Source: Antedon mediterranea (taxonomy: Eukaryota; Animalia; Echinodermata). From it: a DNA stretch of 64,000 nucleotides. The translations under genes were made by a program, and so were the position numbers. This document shows positions 38,766 to 53,147 of this stretch, in pieces. The stretch lies in assembly GCF_964355755.1 (NCBI RefSeq), contig NC_092676.1, positions 15,270,871-15,334,870 on the forward strand, read 5' to 3'. Every line of letters begins with the position of its first letter. The stretch's first letter is position 1. The notes under the pieces were generated by a model, which had not been told where the DNA came from, searched no databases, and saw only the letters and a program-made list of their open reading frames with translations.

Positions 38766-39947
38766 AATACAATTTACAATTTCAATTATTAACATTTTAC
38801 AACAACAACACCCAACAGTTATAGCCCTACACCAAAAAAAGCGAGTGCTCTTCAATTTGGCAACTATTATTTAAATCTATATGTACACATACATACAACC
38901 ATGAAGGAAACAACATAGGCCTCCAACAACAAGCACGAATGGGGTAGCCTACAGCAAAAGAAGATGAAAAAAGCCCAGCTCAATACTAAGAGGCCTAATA
39001 TTTTTGTTTATTTCCTCTTTTTTTAGTATGTACTCAATATATGTACTAAAAATGGCATAGTCAACACAAATTTTGTTATGAATTGTTTTTTCAGATGGAC
39101 AATAGGCCTACATCTTTAAAAACACTTCATCTTCACTTGATTTAGAATTATCATTTCCCTGAATTACAAAAACACTTTTGTTTTATGCCTTATTGTTATT
39201 TTTAGTACTTGAATTGATTACACTAAACCATCCGCAGTTATCAATTTATATAATTTGTTTGGTTTTTGTTTCTCTCACATTTCTGTTTTAACCCCAAAAT
39301 GATTGTTGCGTTCTCCCTTCTTTTCTGCCCACTTTGAATTAAGTCTATATATAACAATACCATTAGTTCCTGCTAGTATTACTAACTCTTTTAAATGATA
39401 TAAAATAAACGTTAGTAACGTCACACTTGACGTAATTATATTTGCTACAGTACTGAATGATTAGTATATAACGTGACTGCTTTAAAAAAATAGAGACCTT
39501 TGATTGAAGCGTCCATTTATTTACGAAATTGATTCATTATTCTTTATTTAATATATAACTATTAATTATGTGCAGTATCAGTATTTCTGTAATGTAAGGT
39601 ACACGTTTCTAGAATTAAATTAAACTAACGAATAATACAAAAGCAAAACACTTCAAACAAACTTATCTATTATTAAGACAACTATACTTTACTATTACAT
39701 TTGTATTCTTGTTGTTATTTTAACGGTACAGTAGTTTATGTTTAATTATTTTTCTATCTAATTGTAATTGAGTATATACAATGACAAGGCTACCAAATGT
39801 ATCAATACATGTAAATTTTACTAAACAAAAATGATTTACTCCTTAAGAATATTATTTCGTTGTAAACAATCTATGTATGGATTGCGTTATCATTTCGTAT
39901 CCACTACACGTATTGATTGTTTGTGGATTTATTGTGATGCTTGTTAA

Positions 39948-42331
39948 TTATGCGTACTCGTATTGATCTTTATCCTTAATCATGCAGCAGCCAAACACCA
40001 TTGCGAGTACCTACAAATAAAAACAATATTAAGTACGTTAAATCAGCATTCGGCAAATAATGATCCAAATAATTATGATCATTTGATATGGAGTTTTATG
40101 ACAAATTACTAGGGCATATTGGACACTCAAGTAAAAATAGATTTAATCAGTCAATGCAGTATAGTCCAGTACTCAACAATCTTAAGATTGTCGAAATGCG
40201 TACAGTATATGGTAAAGTTCCATAAACTGTTTGTACTACTGTAGATTCAGTTGTAAAAGAGGAAAATGTTATTTAACTTACCACAATTAAAATAAATCCG
40301 AGTGACACACCGGCAATAATACCGATGTGATCATTTATCCAATCATTGAAACTCTCGTAACATCCCTACAAAACAGTTAAGTTAAACATTATTAATAAAC
40401 AACGTTCTCTACCAAACTTGTAGGCCTATACTCGCTGTGCCGAAGATGAGTGTGATGAAATGTTTTATCCACAGTTGTTCTTTATTCATAAATATTGTTC
40501 ATAAGCAAAGAGATCATGACAACCAAATGTGCTACGCTATACAATTATTATTATTTATATTTTATATAAGCCGATTGCACATTGACGGTAGGCAAACATG
40601 TGTCCTTTTTACATTCATTTTAATGTGTCGCCTTTCATAGTGAATGAAATGTATTCGAGTAAATTAAAAGGACAGTAGATATCCAAATACAACGGTGCGT
40701 AAAGATCAAAGTCTAACCTGCTGATTAACAGTATCATCATCAAATGGGTATGGAACGTCTACACAATCCTGGTTGTCTTTACAACAACTAGCCGGTAATT
40801 GTTCTGTATGATTCCAATAATTAGAATCGGCCCAATCCTTTGGGCTTTTTGATCCACAACAATTCAACTATACATTAAATAAAACTATAGAGTTATTTTT
40901 AATTATCGGTAGTAGGCTAAAAGATTTGTATTATTTTTCACATTTATAGATAATTCATTCCAAAGTTCATTCGAAACGAAATAACAAAATTTACTGAAAG
41001 GAAGGCTATAATTTCAATATAAGTATTTAATAGGCCTATACACATTTAAATTTGAACGCAATTTGAATAATTCTTCTTTTTATTTGTATGTTTTAATAAT
41101 ACGAATAGGCTATAACATACATCTTCTTGCAGTCCGTCGATTGTTTGATTTGCAACCAGTTTGTCACCATACTCATCTACTATGATTGTGTATATTCTAT
41201 CTTCCATGTAGTCCTCAACCTACAACAAAATGTCATTTATTCTTAGAGAATTAGCAAAAAAAAACCCCCAGAACTGAGATTGTAACATGTATTAGTGCAT
41301 GAGAGGTGTTTTTTCATGTTTCGTGATCGTATAGCAGCCATATTACCAGACGCTTAATTATGAAATTTATGGTATGATGGTAACCGTATTTAAAACTGTT
41401 TTTAATCGACACTCCATTCAATTCTGATATCAAATAATTTACCTACAGGATGTAGCAAAAACCAAAAAACAAACAATTTCGAGAGAGAGAGAGAAAGTTA
41501 AGCTTTATTCCGTAACGTGCAAAAACAAAATGTTATTAATAACCTACCGTATCGAAATAGACGAGGGCTGTGATTCCAGTAGCCAACATGGCGACGACTA
41601 GTATACCTAAAATGGCAACATACTGTAGAAAAAGCATAATCATTCTAAAGGGTTATTAGTTAATACAAAAAGAAATGTTAACAACATTGCAAACAGTGGA
41701 GTTATGTTCCAACTATTAGATCTGGTACATAATGTTCGTTTAAATATAAAACCCGTGTAAGAAGACATTTCAATTATACTCAAAATAACTTGATGCTTGT
41801 CAATCGTTATAAGATGTTATAATTGAGAACATTACCGTTGACAAAAGACACTTGTTACGTTTTGAAGCACCAAGACATCCACAGAATCCAAGTATAAACA
41901 TGACTGTGCCTGTGCATATTGTGACTATAGAGACAACAGTCAGTGTGTCCTCCGTAAATAAATATTCAAACGTATTAGTATCAACAGACATCCAAATACC
42001 AATACCAAGAAGACCAGCACCCGCAATCTGTAACATACAACAACATCAATATTCAAACATTTTAATATCAACACACATCAGCAAATTACGGCGATTATTA
42101 CAAAGTACATTTTGCGCTGTTTTGTATGATTTCTAGCTTCACTCTCTCGGTAAAAATTAAATATAAATTATTATGAAAACCTTAATATTATGAACTAAGT
42201 TAAAAAAAAAAAATTATTATTTAATACTGGTATAACAGAAAAATACATTTTATTAATATTTGTTTACTTACGCATACTGTGACGTTTATGATAAACATCA
42301 AAATTCTCAATATTCCAGTTATACAACCCAT
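39948..42331 (-). CDS. Tetraspanin (paralog A, ~240 aa)
   Basis: Seven phase-0 coding exons: 42272-42331, 41836-42027, 41548-41622, 41121-41219, 40718-40867, 40282-40365 and 39948-40010. Four TMs; GFCGCLGA in TM2; large loop LNCCG...LPASCC...C...GC; ends GCCMIKDKDQYEYA*. A likely non-coding exon donor lies at 43751. Confidence 0.96.
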
Positions 42332-42580
42332 TTTACTGGTAATGTATCTATTTGAAAAACGAGTAATCGAAAATTAACAAATCATTTTGGTCATTTATTT
42401 TCCAAACTATTAACAACAAAAATTATTAATAGTGATGAAAATATTAGTGTATAAAATTAAAATCACGTAAACTTTACTTATCATAATACCAAGGCTCAAA
42501 CACAATACTAAATCCAATTTAATAGAAAATAAAATTAGTTAATAAATGTTCGTATTTTAAAATTACTCATATTTATTTAA

Positions 42581-42833
42581 AGATGTATTGTCCCCCTGAA
42601 AAATGTTTTTGTTGAATATGCCATTTTAAAGTCACATAGATATTCACTTTGACCAAAAATTGGATCGAAAAACAAAATTGTTTTATTTACCTGAAAAACT
42701 GTAATTTAAAGAAAACAATAGTCAAATTGGCTGCCAGCCAATGGGTTTTGGTTTATGTAATTATTTATTTTGTCATTTTATAAGTCAAAACATTAATTAA
42801 TTTTCATTTTTCATGTTTTTGGAGACAATATCT
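42581..42833. mobile_element. MITE with TTAA target sites (Kolobok-like family dispersed through the window)
   Basis: TTAA|AGATGTATTGTCC ... GACAATATCT|TTAA. Relatives lie at 59348-59684, ~6700-6990 (each 5-kb unit), ~31110-31270, ~32030-32155 and ~32970-33110. Confidence 0.75.
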
Positions 42834-44196
42834 TTAAAAAATAATTGAATAAATAAAGTTTATATTAATATGAAAGTGGTGCTACTTGAACACAATCTGA
42901 GATTTGAGATTTTAAATTATTCATTCAGTTTTGCATTTTAAATAAGGCAGAAAAGCTTAAAAATTACTATCTACAAAAATCAGAAAAAATAATATGAAAA
43001 CACTAATATTCAAGTTTGTTTTTTTCCAAATTTGTATTATGTATTGTATTATATATTAAGTATTATGAATCATAGTCACTTGCTTCTTGTTTTTGTGTTT
43101 GTTCAAGATTGCAAAATACTGCAATATCTTGGACTTTGAACGATACACTATAATGCGACTCACTACCGTATGTTATACATAAACCAAGCCCATCGCCATT
43201 AGACTTTGTTTAGCTAGTTACAAATTAACCTTTTTAAACATTTTAGCTTGTAGTGCCTAAACCATGAATTTCATGATCAAAATTACTTAATCTAGCATTA
43301 CTTTTTATACCGAAAAATGAAATTTCACGATGACATAACAAATAATTCTAAAGTTATTGTAATTTCACGAATTTGAATCTATGCAAGTTTTATGAAGAAT
43401 AGAATAAAATAACCTCTTAATACAATTAATAGGATAGGCATAATTGCGTAAAACCACTCAGGAATTTAAGCTAAGATTTTGTTTGTAACTGGAGGCCGAA
43501 TTTTGGTGATTTATTCAGGAAGGAGTATAAAATTAACTTTACTCCATGGTTAAAATCTGAGGACTGTGGATATCACTGTAAGAGAAAAGGACGACACAAA
43601 AGAGAAAAAAAGATGAAAGGACGTGGTTTACCGATGAAAATAAACATTTATGTTAACATATTAAAGATATTATCAGCTTTATAAACCTCAATGTAGGTAT
43701 TACACTTATAAAAATTAAATATAAGAAAAATAAAGTTTATAATTGTCTCACCTGTACTTTAGTTGAACAGTTCTCTTGGTTCGTGTAAAAGTCGGTTAAC
43801 CATTGACCATTTATGCTGCTGATCTGCCTATGTTTTTGTATTATCAGTAATCACATGCTATGATGTCATATCAATTCATAACCAATCATAAAATCGATAA
43901 AATAGTTGGCAAATATTACAACAGGATACTCCATTATTTGTTGTATGATGACGGAAATCTGATTGCCGACAATCTATTTTTCTTTCAGTTTAGTCATTAT
44001 TTTTATTCATTATTATTTCATACATTTTTATTAAGACAAAGTATAAAGCCTTCTGTAGCTCTTTTCTTTATTGTCTTTTCTCTATGATTCTGACGACGAA
44101 CACATAATCTGATTTATCAAATTACTTGCGTTGTCCAGTCCATGGGAATCAAGCTTTATGCAGTAACATGGTAACTTTGCTAAGAAATATATCACT

Positions 44197-44312
44197 ATTT
44201 TAGTCGCGTGCAAACGCGACTCTACAGATCACTATGTCGGTCGGTTGGTCGGTCGGTAAACACTAACTCAAATTTGTGCACGCGACTGCAGCCATGTATA
44301 TGACCTTGTTTT
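44197..44312 (+). mobile_element. Short Helentron/DINE-like element
   Basis: T-rich start, AGTCGCGT...ACGCGACT hairpin, (GTCG)n tract, a second CACGCGACT and a CTTGTTT end; a shorter copy lies at 48744-48835. Confidence 0.65.
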
Positions 44313-45382
44313 ATGTCAAAATCAGGTAGTTTTATGGAACTCTTTCACACGTTTTTCGTTCGTTCATGATATAACATGTATCAAGCAGTCGAAGTGGCAA
44401 CAAATAAAACATACGAGAAACCTTGATTGGAAGGTTAAAGTTTACATGCATTAATGATTACACAATATTTTTTAATCATACATGCATACACAACCGGCAA
44501 CATAATATAATGTACTGGCGTATTAATTGATCGTATTGAATAATATTTGTGCATATTTAATTATTACACAACATCTTTAATATCTTTTCTCTTTTATAAT
44601 CTTTCTCTCTAGACACATAGATTATTTCAGATCAAATACCACACTTTTATCCCATTGCCAAACTACTGAGACAACAATTACTAAGATAGCATAAACTATT
44701 TTCTGTGTTATACAAAACAATCACTTTTAATCCGAATGTTACACATAGTCTACATTCACCGGTTCTTAGCTATTTCTTATTTTCTTCTTATAACATAATA
44801 ACAAAAACAATATAACATTCTTTTAGAGTTTATTTATTACAATAATTTAGGCCTACCTTATTAATTATTTAAAGTTATGTGTAACAATAAATATCATTAC
44901 ATAATTGTTACTAAACCATTATGACAAAATGCAAATACAAACAATATTTACAGCTATTACTAATATAGTTATTATCATTCGTATATTAACTATTATTTTC
45001 TAAGAGGCCATTTGTTTCAACCTTGCATAGGTTCAATTATAAAGGTATCAACCGAATATTTCAGTTGAGTTTAAAAACAAATTATTTAGGCCTAAAATCA
45101 ATAATGGTCTACTAGAGTCCGGGAACAAGGTCCATAGTTAGTATTCACTAAAGCTCTATGTAGCCTATTTCGTCTTTTACAATTTCGTGAACACATTTTA
45201 TTATGATTTAATTTCTGAAAGCTTAGGCCTAAATATAATTAATAATTGTTAGCCTTCTTTAGTTTTTGGAGACCCCGAAATGAATTGTAACCCCTTTATC
45301 CTAAATGTCACTGAAATGTCCCTTCCATATCAATGGCAATCAAATAAATCAATTCTTTGAAAGCAAATGTACTTACAGGCTA

Positions 45383-45530
45383 AAATGATCGTTTGTGATA
45401 TGCATGGAACTATGCTTCATTGACATACGGATAAATGATCCTTTGTGATATGCATGAAACTATGCTTCATTGACAAACGGATAAATGATCCTTTGTGATA
45501 TGCATGAAACTATGCTTCATTGACATACGG
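45383..45530. repeat. 50-bp tandem repeat, 3 copies
   Basis: AAATGATCCTTTGTGATATGCATGAAACTATGCTTCATTGACATACGGAT repeated at a 50-bp period. Confidence 0.9.
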
Positions 45531-45759
45531 TATGTCTCCACATAGTTAATGCAAAATTAATGTGTAAAAATATTTACTTTTGGAAACCCATATTTAACTA
45601 AATTATTGATAATTTACAAATAATTAATGATTTATTTGACGGATTTGTAGGATTTTATAAATACGAAATACTGGTACGTTAAGTGGTTCATGTGTATGGT
45701 CATTGTACACAATGTTTATACAAGACCTTTTTTAGTTCATCGGCAGGACATTATTTGTT

Positions 45760-48133
45760 TTACATTTTCTCTTCTTCAATTGCTCTAATCAAACAGCACG
45801 AGAACATCAACGCCAGTATCTATGAAAATAGAAAAAATAACTCAATGATTGAACAGTATTTATTACTAATTGATGAATACTGCGGTATAGCTGATTACTG
45901 TATCTATTATTTTAGGTAATGTCATTTTCAATATTCCTTAACAAGCTTCTCCTAATATTCGTAATATTGTTTTTTTTGTTATATATTTTAGATATTTGTG
46001 AGTGTGGAGTTTGTCTATTTGCATAATAACGTAAAAACTAAAACACGGATCTTTACAACACTTAAATCACAGATACATTATGTGGTCATGAACGACTCCA
46101 TTCAATTTTGGAGGCAATCCGGAACAGGATCCTATGGACCACTTTTTATTATTTTACTAATTTTTGGCCGTACGTCAAAACTATACAAGACGAATCTTTA
46201 TCACGATTCTTGACCCTTTTCTTTTTTACTCCTGGCGGAGATTGCAACTTCTGATTGCTCTTGTTATTATTACTGTATGACATAAGGTACCTGAACACCC
46301 AGAAGACCAAGGCAGACGCCACCGAGTACTGTTAGATTGTCACTTATCCAATTATTCATTTTTTCGACACAACCCTGTAAAAAATACCAGATCGTTACTA
46401 TTAAAAGTAAGGTATCAACGAGAAGCCAACAGTCCTACTGTACTACCTCTGAGAAATGTCATACTATCTTCTCAAAATGTCAGAAACCTATGCGAGAACA
46501 ACATTTAGACGTATATATTTAATTATAAATGCAAGCAATGTATAGCTTACTTGTTCATAGATGAAACCTGGGACTGATGGGTCTCCTTTACTATTACCAT
46601 TATTACAATCGTCAGATGGCGGTTTTTTACAGCATGATTTTGGAACAGCTTCACCAGGTTCCTCATCCCAATTATTCGAATCGGCATAGTCCGTGTAGTT
46701 AGAGGCACCACAACATAGAAGCTGTCAAAACAAATTATTTAGAATTAAAAACTGTGTATTTATAGGTATCAAGTAATCAAGAGAGATGTGTTTAGCTAGC
46801 TAACCACAAACAAAGTTTTAAATATTTTTATATATTTGACAAATAATGCAGCGCATCCATTCATAAAACAAAGACAACACAAAATAATATTATTAAATAC
46901 AACAATACCTGTACCATAACCACGGGAGTTTAGATTCCTCCATGATATAACAAGTGTGTTTGTAAAAACGACTTTAGTCTATCAAAACATATTGATTTCT
47001 CAAGGAACCCTTAGAGGAAGATGGAATTTTTCTGTATTATATTGTATGTGATTTGAGACAGTTGCCACTGTCAAATACGAATTTAATATACATTGAGCAG
47101 CACGATATTTATAGACTTGTATAGAACCTGTAACTATTATTATGTCTTACTTCTTCTTGTAGGTTGTCAACGCTGTTAGTTATTGCTGTGCTTTGACCGT
47201 ATTCTTCCGTTATCTGTTTATTCATTGCAGTCGTAATGTCCTGCAGTACCTACAAATATGTATGTATAATAATAGGCCGATGACAACATAGCAATGTTAA
47301 TTGTATATCTTTAATAAGTTACATACAGTGGGCCTATTAAGGGAGAAGGCCTATCAAAGACTATCCGTTGTTTGGGCCTACTATTTCCTTACGAGGAATT
47401 CAACTTACATCATCTCTGTACACCAATGCCATGATTCCAGCCACGAATTCAGTAATTATAATTACAATTACAAGTACAAAATACTGGAATGAGCAAATAA
47501 TATAACATTACATTTTTAATGACGATCAGATTGTTAAAAAAAGCTGACACATACCATTTAAGAAGCTATATTGACTGGTAGAAAAGAAGCATACCCAACA
47601 TATATTTAAAATTTCAAAATGTCACTTAAGTTTTACCATACATAAAGATACACATTTTAAGAACCGTAAAAAAGTATAAACTTAACTTACGATTTTTAGA
47701 AAAATTGGTCTTTCTTTCCAAGCACCGCAGCATCCACAAAAACCAATACCGAAGACAGCGGAACCAGTGGCTATCATGAGAGCTGTTATTGCTTGTATAT
47801 TGTCACTGCCTAATAAATCTCGATACTCACTTTCATATACTTTGATCCATATGCCAAGACCAAGAATAACACACCCTGCTCCCTGTATTAATAATGAAAA
47901 TTAAGATGACGTGATACATGTACTTTGAGGAAAAAATTGTTTTAGGCCCCAAGTTTCGGGAGAATGAACTGCTTTACCACTTTTCTTTGGTATCTAAGAA
48001 TATTAATCGGCTCTCGAAAGCGGTTGTCTTTATACCTATTCATTCCAACAATAGATAATTTACTTACCCACACACAAAAATTGACAGCAAACATCATCAA
48101 CTTGACGATTTTCATACCACAGCCAGCAACCAT
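45760..48133 (-). CDS. Tetraspanin (paralog B, ~248 aa)
   Basis: Seven phase-0 coding exons: 48068-48133, 47691-47882, 47409-47483, 47151-47249, 46551-46721, 46291-46374 and 45760-45819. GFCGCCGAWKE; TM3 Glu (TEFVAGI); LLCCG...VPKSCC...C...GC; TM4 Gln; ends SCCLIRAIEEEKM*. A possible non-coding exon donor lies at 55834. Confidence 0.96.
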
Positions 48134-48743
48134 TTTGACGATTGTATTTAGAATATTATATTATAGATTTGATATCTAAATATAAACAAAAATCGATATA
48201 ATCAAATATTATTAAAAAATGTGTTTTTTTAGTACTACTTTGTCAATATGGACAGCAATGGTATGAGCGTTACGACAGAGTTTGAAATGTTTACAACGGA
48301 GTAAAGATGTAAAAGACCACGACCGAATAAGTTGAATATGACGACAAACAAGAACCCGTCGCGACAACCTTAACACAAATACGACGGGGATCGGAGAGTT
48401 ATTTCACGATGAATAGTCACTTGTGTAGAGTGCTAGACCATATTAATTTGTTGAAAAATTGTATTCGTGTTTACTCGTATGTAGCCAAATCCGTCAATGC
48501 TGTGCAGAAATTGTAAACTAATTTAAAGAAATATCACCAGGAAAAATGAATACTTTGAAACTTTGGATAGGTCATTTTGTAGTTTTAATAACATTAGATG
48601 ATTTCGCTTATTAAAAAAAGATCAAACATATTATTCCTATAGTTTAATGTAATCAGAAACCCATTGACGTTCCCGGCAATAAGCTTTCGGTTGATGTTTT
48701 CCTTTAAATTACGGCTTTATTATCAGGGTTTTTTTTAATTCAA

Positions 48744-48835
48744 TTTTTAGTCTCTACAGCTCACTATGTCGGTCGGTCGGTCGATCGGTAAACACTAACT
48801 TGAGCACGCGACTGCAGCCATATGGCCTTGTTTTT
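48744..48835 (+). mobile_element. Short Helentron/DINE-like element, second copy
   Basis: CTCTACAGCTCACTATGTCGGTCGGTCGG...AAACACTAACT...GCACGCGACTGCAGCCAT...CCTTGTTT matches 44197-44312. Confidence 0.65.
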
Positions 48836-49248
48836 ATGTGTAATTGATTGACTATTTTATGACATTCAAATAGCCCATTCAACCAAAATAATGTTGACTA
48901 TTTTTTAATATAAGACGGCCTATTAAACGAGTGGTGGTAAGGTAATTGTTGGTTGTGGTTTTTTATTGTCAAATTAGGAAGCATGACGTAATAGCTGGAT
49001 CACCCATGACGTCGTAAGAATCAACCACTAATATGACATTAACCACTAACTATCAACAGTTTTGTTAACAAACTTCATTAACGTAACCAAATTTAACCAC
49101 TAACGTAACAACAGTAGAAATGTTGATATATTTTCTGGTTTTCTTTAAATGTGTGTATGTTGGAAATCTTTTACTTTTTTGAACAGTTTTAACCATTCAT
49201 GTGTTTGTCTATTCTCTTTTTTGTCTTCTTCTGGACAAATGTTACTAA

Positions 49249-51132
49249 CGCCCGTATTCTTAAACCGGACTTTAGTCGTAGTTCGAAGTTCGACTTGGAA
49301 AAGTCGTAGTTCGAGCTATTACTTCAAATTCGATTCAAAAACGAAGTAGTCGAAGTTTGCAGTTCGACTTAATGAAGTCGAGCTTTTAGTCGAGTTGCAC
49401 ACGTCTGGGTAACAAAGGCTATACATTGGCCAATGACAAGAGAGTATTTGAGGAGCAGACGAAATTTTGCGCATTGATATCACTTTCCATTTCTTACAAC
49501 ACTTTTTACGCACAGGACTATATTGTATTTTTTTTTTGTATTTTATATACTATATACATGAAAAATAATTGTAATCGTTAACGCCCGTATTCTTAAACCG
49601 GACTTTAGTCGTAGTTCGAGCTAAAACTTAAAAAATGACGTCATTTTAATTCATAAACCGAACTTCAACTAAATCACCGACTAAATCAGGCCAACCTCGA
49701 CTAAATCGAGACGGATTTTGATCGATTTTTTTAGTCCTGGAGGGGGCAGACTAAATGGTCGACTAAATGGTTTTTAAACGATGTTTATAAAAAACGTAAC
49801 AATCATTGAGTTGTTATATTGGCCAGATATTGATGAATGAAATATCTATATTTATATTAGCTTAATTAAATATACATTGGTATAAATTATAATAATGAAA
49901 ATCATCTTTATTTACAACTGTATACAAATTACATTATTTTCTTCGCGCAAGTCCGACTTGAGCTACGTCACGCCATAGCGACAATGGGAGATGCGGCAAT
50001 TCACCACGCGATGGAATGTTTAGGGGGCCTAGCGCTTTCTTGTGACGCTATGAAGTGCGTGGTTCGTGGCGATCATACTTTGTTGGGGGCCTAAAAAATA
50101 TAAAAGTTACCGTACCGCCATGGTTCCTAAATATATTTTTAAGATTTTATTTGTTGTTAATCAAATATACTTCACTGTTAAATTATACTGATCTTGTTCT
50201 AATAATTAACGATTAAAATTATTTTTCTTGTGTATAGTCCTGATGCGTAAAAAGTTTTGTAAGAAAATGGAAAGTGATATCAATGCGCAAAATTTCGTCT
50301 GCTCCACAAATACTCTCTTGTCATTGGCCAATGTATAGCCTTTAGTACCCAGACGTGTGAAACTCGACTAAAAGCTCGACATCATTCGAACTGCAAACTT
50401 CGACTACTTCGTTTTTGAATCGAATTTGAAGTAATAGCTCGAACTACGACTTTTCCAAGTCGAACTTCGAACTACGACTAAAGTCCGCTTTAAGAATACG
50501 GGCGTAAATATTAGAACAATATCAGTATTAATTTAACAGTGAAGTATATTTGATTAACAACAAATAAAATCTTAAAAATATATTTAGGAACCATGGCGGT
50601 ACGGTAACTTTTATATTTTCTAGGCCCCCAACAAAGTATGATCGCCACGAACCACGCACCATAGCGCGTGACAAGAAAGTGCTAGGCCCCCTAAACATTC
50701 CATCGCGTGGTGAATTGCCGCATCTCCCATTGTCGCTATGGCGTGACGTAGCTCAAGTCGGACTTGCGCGAAGAAAATAATGTAATTTGTATACAGTTGT
50801 AAATAAAGATGATTTTCATTATTATAATTTATACCAATGTATATTTAATTAAGCTAATATAAATATAGATATTTCATTCTTCAATATCTGGCCAATATAA
50901 TAACTCAATGACTGTTACGTTTTTTATAAACATCGTTTAAAAACCATTTAGTCGACCATTTAGTCTGCCCCCTCCAGGACTCAAAAAATCGATCAAAATC
51001 CGTCTCGATTTAGTCGAGGTTGGCCTGATTTAGTCGGTGATTTAGTTGAAGTTCGGTTTATGAATTAAAATGACGTCATTTTTTTAGTTTTAGCTCGAAC
51101 TACGACTAAAGTCCGGTTTAAGAATACGGGCG
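49249..51132 (+). mobile_element. PIF/Harbinger-type non-autonomous element, copy 1 (interrupted by copy 2)
   Basis: TAA|CGCCCGTATTCTTAAACCGGACTTTAGTCGTAGTTCGA ... TCGAACTACGACTAAAGTCCGGTTTAAGAATACGGGCG|TAA, a 38-bp TIR. Confidence 0.92.
49582..50504 (-). mobile_element. Same Harbinger-type element, copy 2 (923 bp), inverted inside copy 1
   Basis: TAA TSD at 49579-49581 and 50505-50507; copy 1 sequence resumes after 50507. Confidence 0.92.
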
Positions 51133-51296
51133 TAAATCTTTCACACGAACGCTAAACTTTAATGTTCAACTTTCTTGAACATTCTTTTTTCCTGTCGACC
51201 TTGTTCTGTCGGTCTTTCCATCCTTAAATTATTTCTTTATTGTTATATTACGACATAAAGTTGAATTTTGCCTGGTTTTTCTTACAAATTGTCTTA

Positions 51297-53147
51297 CGCC
51301 CGTATTCTTAAACCGGACTTTAGTCGTAGTTCGAAGTTCGACTTGAAAAAGTCGTAGTTCGAGCTATTACTTCAAATTCGATTCAAAAACGAAGTAGTCG
51401 AAGTTTGCAGTTCGAATGAAGTCGAGCTTTTAGTCGAGTTGCACACGTCTGGGTAACAAAGGCTATTCATTGGCCAATGACAAGAGAGTATTTGAGGAGC
51501 AGACGAAATTTTGCGCATTGATATCACTTTCCATTTTCTTACAACACTTTTTACGCATCAGGACTATATACATGAAAAGTAATTTTAATCATTAATTATT
51601 AGAACAAGATCAGTATCAATTTAACAGTGAAGTACTTTTGATTAACAACAAACAAAATATTCAAAATATATTCAGGAACCATGGCGGTACGGTAACTTTT
51701 ATATTTTCTAGGCCCCCAACAAAGTATGATCGCCACGAACCACGCACTTCATAGCGTGACAAAAAAGCGCTAGGCCCCCTAAACATTCCATCGCGTGGTG
51801 AATTGCCGCATCTCCCATTGTCGCTATGGCGTGACGTAGCTCAAGTCGGACTTGCGCGAAGAAAATAATGTAATTTGTATACAGTTGTAAATAAAGATGA
51901 TTTTCATTATTATAACTTATACCAATGTATATTTAATTAAGCTAATATAAATATAGATATTTCATTCTTCAATATCTGGCCAATATAACAACTCAATGAC
52001 TGTTACGTTTTTTATAAACATCGTTTAAAAACCATTTAGTCGACCATTTAGCCTGCCCCCTCCAGGACTAAATTGATCAAAATCCGTCTCGATTTAGTCG
52101 AGGTTGGCCTGATTTACGCCCGTATTCTTAAACCGGACTTTAGTCGTAGTTCGAAGTTCGACTTGAAAAAGTCGTAGTTCGAGCTATTACTTCAAATTCG
52201 ATTAAAAAACGAAGTAGTCGAAGTTTGCAGTTCGACTTAATGAAGTCGAGCTTTTAGTCGAGTTACACACGTCTGGGTAACAAAGGCTATACATTGGCCA
52301 ATGACAAGAGAGTATTTGAGGAGCAGACGAAATTTTGCGCATTGATATCGCTTTCCATTTTTTTACAACACTTTTTACGCATCAGGACTATATACATGAA
52401 AAATAATTTGAATCGTTAATTATTAGAACAATATCAGCATTAATTTAACAGTGAAGTATATTTGATTAACAACAAACAAAATCTTCAAAATATATTTAGG
52501 AACCATGGCGGTACGGTAACTTTTATTTTTTCTAGACCCCCAACAAAGTATGATCGCGACGAACCACGCACTTCATAGCGTGACAAGAAAGCGCTAGGCC
52601 CCCTAAACATTCCATCGCGTGGTGAATTGCCGCATCTCCCATTGTCGCTATGGCGTGACGTAGCTCAAGTCGGACTTGCGCGAAGAAAATAATGTAATTT
52701 GTATACAGTTGTAAATAAAGATGATTTTCATTATTATAATTTATACCAATGTATATTTAATTAAGCTAATATAAATATAGATATTTCATTCTTCAATATC
52801 TGGCCAATATAACAACTCAATGACTGTTACGTTTTTTATAAACATCGTTTAAAAACCATTTAGTCGACCATTTAGTCTGCCCCCTCCAGGACTAAAAAAA
52901 TCGATCAAAATCCGTCTCGATTTAGTCGAGGTTGGCCTGATTTAGTCGGTGATTTAGTTGAAGTTCGGTTTATGAATTAAAATGACGTCATTTTTTTAGT
53001 TTTAGCTCGAACTACGACTAAAGTCCGGTTTAAGAATACGGGCGTTAGTCGGTGATTTAGTTGAAGTTCGGTTTATGAATTAAAATGACGTCATTTTTTA
53101 AGTTTTAGCTCGAACTACGACTAAAGTCCGGTTTAAGAATACGGACG
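51297..53147 (+). mobile_element. Same Harbinger-type element, copy 3 (interrupted by copy 4)
   Basis: TTA TSD at 51294-51296 and 53148-53150; same TIRs. Confidence 0.92.
52117..53044 (+). mobile_element. Same Harbinger-type element, copy 4 (928 bp), direct orientation inside copy 3
   Basis: TTA TSD at 52114-52116 and 53045-53047, splitting GGCCTGATTTA|GTCGGTGATTTAG of copy 3. Confidence 0.92.

Noticed and set aside
49149-49513. ORFs overlapping the Harbinger-type element as transposase
   Set aside because: Too short, with no DDE or Myb/SANT motifs; the element is non-coding.
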